Shown here piece after piece: positions 54,157-63,885 of a DNA stretch of 63,885 bases. A program made the translations under genes and the position numbers. The stretch comes from Trichoplax adhaerens (taxonomy: Eukaryota; Animalia; Placozoa), in assembly GCF_000150275.1 (NCBI RefSeq), contig NW_002060948.1, forward strand, positions 3,113,183 to 3,177,067, given 5' to 3'. The notes under the pieces are model-generated. The model searched no databases. It was not told the origin of the DNA and worked only from the letters and a program-made list of their open reading frames with translations. Numbering within the stretch: the stretch's first letter is position 1; each line of letters begins with the position of its first letter.

Positions 54157-57100
54157 CTATTCACTGCTGCTCTCCAATTTGATTAACAGGGCGGATAGAA
54201 TCATATTTCGTGGTGAATGTTTAAAAGTTAACATGGAACACTGATCGCCTGTTCCTTCGATGTCAGCTATAGTAGTCGCGTCAGGCTTGATATAAACTTC
54301 AAAGGCAACAGAGACTAAACCAAATACTTCGTGCCTGCAACGATATAATTATCAACTTTATAATTATTGGAATAAATTATCTTGCAGAATTTTTATCCAA
54401 ATATAAATTTCGTAAAGATTAACTACTAATTCTGTTACAACGTCTATTACCTAAACTGTGATATTTCAACATGTTCTTGAATGTGACAAATATTAGTTGA
54501 TACAGAAATATCCCTGTCATAATCATCTTCATTGCCTGTAGAGCAAAAGATAATAATAACTACATCAGCTCAAATTATTCTGTTTGGATCATTCCTTTTT
54601 TCTAAAATAGTGTACAGTATAACGTTCTTGTACTAGATAATTCAAAATGGTAATCTCACCAGTCGCCAGTATTCTGTTATCTAAAATTTGTCTAACATTC
54701 CCTACAGTAGATGGATAATATCCAATGTACCATTCATTAAGATTTACGTTATCTATTAGCTTGGGTGGCAACCTAAAAATGGTCGAAGTCGAATAATTAT
54801 ATGTTGCTATAAAATTTAAACAAATTTTTTCCCTTTTCCTCACAATATTATAAAAATTTATATACTGTGTACAGTAATTGCATGGCTAACCTTAGGGTGA
54901 ATCTGCACCAACATTTCGGGGGGTATGTCTTTAGGGGAGGGTTGCCCCGATAAAAATATTTACAAGTTGAGTTTCGCTTATCGCAACATGATATACAAAA
55001 ACAGTTAATGCTATCGTCACTATCGACAAAGTATGCTTGTGGCAAACCAAGAGAACTTCGAAATTTGCAAATCGTATCCATATAATCACACGAATGTCTT
55101 TCTTTAACAACGTTGTCATCTAAACCAGCAAGTAAAATAAAGATAGTACAAGAAGTGAGAGAGGATTTTAAAATTATTGAAATTACAGAATATTTATTTA
55201 ATTTTGTGATGCTTTACTTATAGTTTCTACTAAATCATTCTGGCCAACATCATTTAAAGGCTTAGAATTGAAATTATCGGGTAATATTGTAACTTGCTTG
55301 CATTTCCCGTAAAGATCCACTAATGCATACCTACGTAATCAGGATGTAAAATACTTATAAATTTATAACTTATCTAATACGGAATAGAATTAATCTATTA
55401 ATCATGTTAATGAATGCATAGATAGGAAGACCACCGTTTTTATACTGTTCATACCACTAACCGAATAGGCGGCATATTTTCTGCTGCAACACCCTGATCA
55501 ACGCCGTTGATATAAAGATGGAGGCAATGCTGCTCATCACATATTATGCCAATAACATCAGTTACAGTGTACTCCTTAAGATCTGTACAGTAATGGTCCA
55601 CAGTCCGGACAGAGTTACGATAAACCGAACAATCACTGATAACCCATGTTGCTAATTTTACGTTAACAGCCGTAGAAATATTATCAAATTGCTTAGGAGA
55701 TAAACCCGTAACACCAATAGCTATGGCTCCAGACCAATGCTCATCAATGGTATCTATTTTTACCTAATTTAAACACATTGTAATAAAGAACTTTAATCAA
55801 ATTAAGTAATACGCAACGAATCTGATAGCTACATGTATCTACGTAGAGAATTTCGTAGTAAAAACAGTGCGTTAATTACTTGAAATAATTTATTATCGAG
55901 TAAAGGATCTTGACTGACAACAACAGCATGATCGTAGCCACGACATCTTTCTGCCGTCTGCCCATCATTCTTGATAATAATGTTTTTCGCACAGTCATAA
56001 TAAAACGTCATTCCACTAATAAAATATGAAAACCTTGATGTAAGTATTTCCTACGTAGTATAATTCACTCTATTTCAGTTTAAAATAAGCGTACCTCTTG
56101 TGTCTGTCTGTAGTAATTAAAGATGAGTTTGAACTGTCACTGTCACTAAAATTTCCAGCGTAAGATTCATCAGCTTCATATATGATTTGACTATCTCCGT
56201 TCTCCTAGTGAGATATTGCTTATTAGGCATCTTATAGAGTAATAAATGGACCAGATACAAGAAAATGGACAAATAATCTTATCGGTTCCGACTTACACTT
56301 TGACCTTCAGAACCGTCAGCAGTTGCGACCGAATGATTTGATGGTGTCATTGAAATCAGGTCATGAGCTAATTCACGAGCTATTTCATCCACAGCGGCTA
56401 CAATATATTCAATAGATATAATTTTAAATATATACTGATTAAATCTTGGTACTGATTGGCATGACGATACTGTTATTTGATCAAAATAATGTAGCAAAGT
56501 ACTGTAAATATTAATATCAATCCATATTAATCCTTCATAGTTAAATGTTATGTTGCTATTACCCAATAACTTACCTTCAATATACGAAGACAAGCGGGAT
56601 TCTGTTCTTAAGGCATCTGCTTGACTAGCGTTACTGCTAACAATAGAAATAGTTTTCGCTTTCCCATATAAATCAACCACAGCAAAGACATTTGCGCATG
56701 CTGTTGAAGCCGTTATACCCATATCTGTTCCATTCAGGAAAAAATGTAAAGACAAATTCCGCTTTCTCATGACACCTAGACGATCTCCAAGCTAATGAAG
56801 TTCGAATATATATGAGCAGTTATAAATATATTCAAGATATTACTAATTTTATATTAAAACGTAAGATGCACGTTCATAACAATTAAACAGTAATCTGCTT
56901 ACATTAAGACGATCCAACGACGGAATATATCTTTCTTCTACAAGCTTTCCATTACTGATAATGCCTTTCGCAGTAATCATCCATGTATCATTCTGAAGCT
57001 CCGTAGCAGAAGGTGGTAAAGTCGACAAAGATGGAATGCAGGATGTTACACCAATTTCGATCGACCCCGACCATTGAGATGCAATCTCGTCAATTCTTAT

Positions 57101-60100
57101 CTAAATAAATATTATAATAAAATGATACAGGAACACAATTAATATGATAATAACTAATTAGAGCAAGCACGAGGTAGCTAAAGTTGACAGTAAAAATTTA
57201 GACTTATACCTCAAACATTTCATCATTTTCCAATTTTGATTTACTAAACAATATACCATGGTTGAAACTACGAGATCGAACTGCGGAACAGTCTTGATTG
57301 AATAACGTAATATTTTTACCAAATAATTCTCTGAAAGAATGCTTGATTGAGTTATTGGATGAATCTATAGGCATAAAATTAAATACTAGTCAAAATATAT
57401 CAGAAACGTAGCACGTTACGGTTATATATATGTAAATTCTATCATAGGCATACTGTAGTATAATAAGTACTGACCACGGTAGTTTGCCGATGCTTCTTCT
57501 CTATCAGATATTATATTTTGATTATGATCATTGCCAACATTACATTGAGTAGAAGGTCTTGTATCCCCATTAGTACAAACAATACTATTATTGCATATCG
57601 ATACTTGAGCACATTGACCGTATAAATCTATAACTCCATAAACGCCTATATATAGAATCAAGATAAAAACAATAACGTTAGGGAATACAGAAAAAATAAT
57701 AGATATTTAGCATGAGGTCAAGCAATGCTTGCCTTCAGGCACTGAAGATGCAGCAATTCCTTTATCTTCACCATCCAAGTAAAAGTGGAGTGTCCCATCA
57801 GAAAAACGAACAACCCCTACGATACTACCTATCTTAACCTTGTCCAAGTCACAAGGGTAATCGCTAGAAATAGTGGAGCCATTCTGCATAACTGATGCAC
57901 CAGACAACATCCATGTCGAATAATCGACATCGGTCATTGTATCAGGAAATTTTAATTCTGTAGGTTTGACCAGCGTAGCTCCTATTTAAATAAAGAATCG
58001 ACAAAATTTTTGAGCCAGCAAATTATTTAGATGACATAATTAATCAGTTAACTTTTCATACCAATTTCAATTGAACCGGACCATCGATCAATCATTTTTT
58101 CTATGGCTACTTCGAATAGTTCATTATTACGTAATGGGCGATCAGTTAAAACTACAGCATTATTAAATTCATTAAGCGCATATGGGCGACTAGCTGTTAA
58201 TCCATCGCCAGATATCACCACATTATAGCCATGTAAGTTATGAAAATTTATCTTATTGATTGAAGACTGCCTATCTAGTGTTTGATGTATTACACTTAAT
58301 CTTGCAGTACCTGGAGCGATATCACTATTCTCATCATCATTATCACTATCTGTACAAGTACTGCTGCTGTTGCTACTATTCAATTCCGAATCGTCATCGC
58401 TCGTACTACCAGTCATGTAGCTAGAGTTTGCACTCAAATTTGAACGTGATAAGCTTGAATCTCGACTAACGCTAAAAGCATCGTCGTAGTTTCTGCAATT
58501 AATAACACCGGAACGTCTCTGCCTGATAGATTCACTCTTAGTAAGCGTTCGTTCTCGCAAAGGTACATCATCTACACTATCTATAATTATTCCATTAGGC
58601 AAGTATCAAAAAACAATATGAAATCAATAATAGTTATATTTCTATGTTTATTCAATAAAATTTGTTATAATTCATTGTTGGTTTCAACGGATATTCAAAT
58701 ATGATTTTTAAACTTACCAACTATAGTTACGGAAATTATACGTCCGGAAAGATTTATCAAAGGGTATACTGTCTGAGGGATATTTTCCGAGGCTACGCCT
58801 AGGTCGTGTCCATTGATATAAAAATGAAGTGTAGAATCTTCTAATATAGCCATTCCAATAACGTCTCCAACCTATGCATAAACGTTACTTTATTAGTTTA
58901 AGCGTTAATAATTAGGCCAACAGTTGTATTACGTATCGCTTATACTGTATCATGATTTTAACACAAAGGCCCTTACTCCTTTCATAACCACTATACTGCT
59001 ATCTATCTTAGAGCAATCAAAAAGTTAATATAACACAGAACCAATCAAGTATTTTCTTGTTTATTTCTTACACTAAGACAATCCATATCAATATGGCCAT
59101 AATTGGTCATAACAGTCTGGCAATTATAAGTTATGTTACTTTCGGAAAAAACCCAACAAAACTTGAGACTTTTTAGTGACGTTGGTAGCTTTTCTATCGC
59201 TGGAGGAGTGGCAATTAAACCCAATTCAATCGATCCCGACCAGCAAATGTCAATCTCGTTTAATCTGACTTGAAATATCTCATTGATCATAATTGGTCTA
59301 CTACCAATCGTGCAAACACTATTGGTTATCTTTGCAGACCTAAGTTGATAATACGAATAAATATCATATGTGAGGTTAATTAACATTGGCTATATTTGTA
59401 ATATGATGACTCTATGTAAGTTCTATTGCATTAATAAAGCATATTCCAAACGACACTCTTATTAATGGCGCATAGATATTGCATGTCTCTGATGGCATAA
59501 AACCGATCTAAACTCTTTTAATCTCATCTCTTAAGGCCTAGACCCTAGAGTGCTCCAACAATGTTATAACTATTGTCATTTCAATTGATATCTACTTAGT
59601 GGTACTGGTCAATATTGATAAGGCGTTGTGATAAGTAATTACTAAATTACAACAAATTGTAGCTAATTGATGGCAATGTCACTACTCTAATATCAGTGAC
59701 AGTGGTGTTGAACAATACTTTAATTTATTGTGATGGAAATATTGTACAGTAAGGTATCATTTAACGGATTCAACCTCTTAGCAATGTTGGTAAAGTATAG
59801 TTAACGAAGGTAATAGTAAAATAATGAGACTTTTTCAATGTATCACTACCATTTTTTTGTATACTGAAAGCTTGAAGTTATATCAAAATCATCCAAGAGT
59901 ATTTACGTACTGCCATACAAGATCGGTAGTAATGTCTGCAAGTAATTTATAATATTGAGGTAAGCATATTCTTCTTAATATAGATATTATATTAATTACG
60001 TATAGTTATGTCGGATAGGAGTTGATATAATGTAGTGAAATATTGTATTACTTGCAACGTGTAGCTGTTCGGCAATCTATTGATACAATTACTTGAGGGC

Positions 60101-61965
60101 TGCATTGAGACTGGAATATCAAATCTTCATTGTCTCGGCTATCATAATATTCTTGTCCTGCTAGAGGAAGTCAAAAGTACTTTAAAAAAGGTGATAAAAT
60201 CTCCAATATCCATTATTGTAGAGTCACTTATTCAATCAACTTCATTAAAGCTCATTCTATTATTCAATAGTTAGTAATGAATCAAAATATTATAATATCT
60301 ATCTACATTACTACCGTAGTTTTCTTTTACCCTTAATCTACTGTTTGATTCATGAATCGTCCAAGAATATATTTTATTTGTGTTATATAGTAATTGATCC
60401 TACATAGATGACACAACTACTATCTAAAGAGTACCAGTAATGGTCCTATCTTGTTGTATCTCCGATACTATTGACTTCTATGATCCTATTTTGAAGGGCA
60501 ATTGACTGTAATTACTATTATTAATAATATCTATCATTGCTATATTCAGCACGGATAGTTGGATATTCTACCTACTAGGTGATTGTATCTGTATAACAAA
60601 AGTAAAAGATGGCTATTTTTATGTAATGAACAGTAAATAAAGTGCAAAAGATCCATAATAATATGGTACTGCGATCGATTAGGATAGCTATTGCTGAGAT
60701 TAATCGAATAGAGTAAATTCGAAAAAAATGAATCTTTCAATTTACTAGGTTATCTTTTAAGTATTTTAGACTTACTTGTTGTCATGGTAGGCAGTGCTAT
60801 GGCATTATTGGATAGCTCTTGTGGAACGTAGCTTAGTTGATTCTCGTCTTGGCTAGATAACTTTTATCATACGATGAGAATACAACATTAACAAGACAGT
60901 GACCAAAGCCGACAGTAAAATGATGTCTTAAGATGGTATTTTTAGCCCCTATCTTGAACAGGAAGCTATGTGCGAAATTTAATTTTATGATAATGGAACA
61001 ACCAACCTGTGTCTGTGGTCTATTGACTTTGTTTACGTCACCAGGAGTAGGAATTAATGGAGATTCTCCTATCATCATTGCAACAATAAATTAGCACTCC
61101 ATTGAAAAATAACAATTTTCTGATAGCCCTCATTCAATCAATCAAGATGAAATTCAAGAATGGTATAAAATGATTGAAAAAGTTGACACATGAAGGAATG
61201 ATGGATGATTTTTAGATAGGATAGACAAACTAGATGGAATGAATAGGTTGTACGGTAACAAGACTGATGAGATACAGTTGATTGCCTTGTTTAAATAAGA
61301 ATTGTAATTGATTGTTACAAGCAAGACCGATGCCACTAGTCAGAGTGTTCTCGATACAGTAGCTTACCTATTGGATGATCGATAATCGTTACTTGAGCAC
61401 AACGACCATAGACATCGACAACAGCGTAGATATTTGCTGGTACATTGGTAGCAGCAACACCTTGATCGACACCATTCACGTAGAAGTGTAAATCGCCATA
61501 AGTAACATCCGCTTTGGATGAACAAGACGGATCAGATGACGATGATGATGACGACGTGGACAAGTCATTCTCTTGTGTTGTAATCCAACGAATACCGACA
61601 CTATCGCCTTCATTTAAACTATTTAAATCTGTACCATAACTATCGATACAAACAATCTCATTTTTAAAGATGGAATTCTCATAATAAATCCATGCATCAT
61701 TGGTAAATCCGACTGCACTCGTTGGAAGATTGATTTCATCGGAGAAATTGCATACTACACCAATGGCTAAAGAACCAGACCATAAATTAATCTTGCGATC
61801 AATATGGACTTGAAAGAGTTGGCCATCACTAATACATCGATCTGTAATCACTAAGCCATTATTAAATTCTGATTCCGCTTTATTGCGTCGAGCTGTTTTA
61901 CTATTACAAGATAATTGTATTAAACAGCCATGATGATTGGCAAAAGTCGCCATTGTTGAAGTCAT
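54157..61965 (-). CDS. NEURL4: Neuralized-like protein 4 (tandem NHR domains plus C-terminal ART/PARP-like region), multi-exon
   Basis: Repeated NHR signatures (FNNGLV...FQVHIDRKINLWSGSLAIG...LHFYVNGVDQG...YAVVDVYGRCAQVTI); C-terminal CFCISC...YRGNPP...WCRFTLR...W.IGY...NVRQILD region typical of NEURL4; stop TAG 54157-54159. Confidence 0.92.
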
Positions 61966-62042
61966 TTGTAAATAGATAAATTGAATCTCATGGGCAAGTC
62001 CACGACCGAGTGAATACTGACTGAATAGAGAGGTCAGCTCTC

Positions 62043-62102
62043 CTGAACGGTACTGAACGGTACTGTACGGTACTGTACGGTACTGTACGGTACTGTACGG
62101 TA
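62043..62102. repeat. 10-bp tandem repeat (CTGTACGGTA) x6
   Basis: CTGAACGGTA x2 then CTGTACGGTA x4. Confidence 0.95.
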
Positions 62103-62103
62103 T

Positions 62104-62758
62104 CAAGCTCTAGGCTTCACTCCAGTGGTGTCAAGTCAGTAGTGCTTCGAAGTACAGTACACCACGGTCGTCACGACGTCAGCAAGCTCTACTGTAGGCT
62201 TCACTCCAGTGGTGTCAAGTCAGTAGTGTTTCGAAGTACAGTACACCACGGTCGTCACGACGTCAGCAAGCTCTACCGTAGGCTTCACTCCAGTGGTGTC
62301 AAGTCAGTAATGTTTCGAAGTATAGTACACCACGGTCGTAGCGACGTCAGCAAGCTCTACGCTTCACTCCGGTGGTGTCAAATCAGTAGTATTTCGATTA
62401 TAGATCATCACGGTTTGAACCGAACTCAGGTCTAGTTTCGAAGTATAGTACCGTACACCACGGTCGTAGCGACGTCAGCAAGCTCTACTGTCATGTAGGC
62501 TTCACTCCAGTGGTGTCAAGTCAGTAATGTTTGGAAGTACAGTATACCACGGTCGAAGCGACGTCAGCAAGCTCTACGCTTCACTCCAGTGGTGTCAAGT
62601 CAGTACAGTAGTGTTTCGATTATAGATCATCACGGTTTGAACCGAACCGAACCGAACTCAGGTCTAGTTTCGAAGTACAGTACACCACGGTCGTAGCGGC
62701 GTCAGAAAGCTCTACGCTTCACTCCAGTGGTGTCAAGTCAGTAGTGTTTCCAAGTACA
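62104..62758. repeat. Minisatellite-like array, ~80-84-bp unit x ~6.5 with higher-order structure
   Basis: Units start at 62104, 62183, 62267, 62351, 62479, 62568, 62706 (CAAGCTCTA...GCTTCACTCCAGTGGTGTCAAGTCAGTAGTGTTTCGAAGTACAGTACACCACGGTCGTNNCGACGTCAG). Confidence 0.95.
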
Positions 62759-63885
62759 CAATAAGCAGTTAACATGGATATTTTTCCTGTTAAACACTGT
62801 TGAAAGAAATTTTATAGTACTACAGTAGACTGTGCTGTACACTATACAGAACAAGTGTGACTTCTGACATTCAGCTTAGCCAATGATTTTTACCATAAAG
62901 AAGGAAGGAAAAGGAAAACTTTCGAATTTGCCTTACACTGTGTATTGTACTGTATCGTACAGTACTGCACGCTATACAGTATTGTACCAGAGCGTACAGA
63001 CCGGGGACTTCCAAGAATAAAGTACCGAGAGTAAGAGTACTAAGTACTGTGGTGCAGTACTTACTGTACACTGTACACTGTACACTATACGAGATAGTAT
63101 GATAGCAACCGGTATTATGGCTACACATCATGCATAAAATAGTGACATCATTTTTCAAAACATTCCATACTCAGTCAGTGATTTCTCATAAGAAAATGAA
63201 CTTCCAAATGTAATGTTATTGATTGATGAAATAATTTTGCGAGAGAAACTTTCTTTATCCAGGACCTACTGCAGTGTGTATTCTTGTAAGAAGTCCTCCG
63301 ACTGTACACAATAACAAAATCTGTCTGAAATTTTTTTTTACCGCCTCAGGTAGTGATTGGTGATGAATTAATTGACTAATTAAATTTGTGTATGACAGTA
63401 TAGTTGTTTCAATTTTAAGCAATAAAAATAAATAAATACAAGAACAGACTGTGTGATTTAAGGCATTCTGAACATATTGACCACATTTTTTAGTTTACAG
63501 GTCACGTACAAGATCTGACATGGTGCGCTAGTACACAACATGGAGCCTATGATCAAGGGGGAAAACCTCATAAGGTCTCGAGTGTACACTTGCACCGTCA
63601 GACCATTCAATCTATTAAGTTGACAGAGTTGTATTAACCGTAAAGAAATGAAAATGTTGTACTCCTGTGTGTACACTAAGCAAAGTAGGTTGTGTGGTAT
63701 TAGTAAAACGTTGAATGTTTTCATCAGACTTTGTCTAATTTATGTACACTGTTGTGCAGAAAAACAGTAGCAAAACAATTCTACAACTCTTTATCTTTCA
63801 AGTACGTCAGTTAAATGAGCACATTATCGTAAGCCGTGAGTAAAGCGACGGGAGTTTGCACTAGTATAGTCTATTCAAACGGATG

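Noticed and set aside
61966-62106. N-terminal extension of the NEURL4 ORF (MIPYSTVQYRTV...)
   Set aside because: Translation of the 10-bp repeat from a non-ATG start; the likely start is MTSTMATF at 61965 (or 61953)
62142-62435. 97-aa ORF with HHGRHDVSKLY repeats
   Set aside because: By-product of the 84-bp unit; the frame is broken by indels in other units; GTG start
62104-62758. CRISPR-like appearance of the palindromic repeat array
   Set aside because: Intervening sequences are repeated rather than unique spacers, no cas genes are present and the context is eukaryotic
63100-63885. Possible gene start or ORF 63458-63724 at the window end
   Set aside because: No recognisable protein motif or coherent exon chain

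Overview
AT-rich, intron-dense, gene-compact animal genomic DNA; gene content, short introns and an intronless orphan GPCR are most suggestive of an early-branching metazoan such as the placozoan Trichoplax (inference, not verified). Eleven protein-coding genes can be assembled by eye: MLF (+), an intronless rhodopsin-class GPCR (-), FARSB (-), MRPS24 (+), RFESD (-), ABCF3 (-), two convergent LPCAT3/MBOAT5-like paralogues (+/-), ODAD1/CCDC63-like (+), an espin/forked-like ankyrin protein (-) and NEURL4 (-). There is one 50-N gap. The most notable non-genic structures are: (i) a 462-bp hAT-type MITE with TIRs, an exact 8-bp TSD and subterminal repeats in the FARSB/MRPS24 divergent promoter; (ii) a ~650-bp higher-order tandem array of ~80-bp internally palindromic units just upstream of NEURL4; and (iii) a self-complementary TACAG/TACTG simple repeat that clusters at gene 5' ends. 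No prokaryote-type system (CRISPR, operon), rRNA or tRNA is supported. Exon boundaries are manual and approximate, and comparisons with human proteins are from recall, not from a search.
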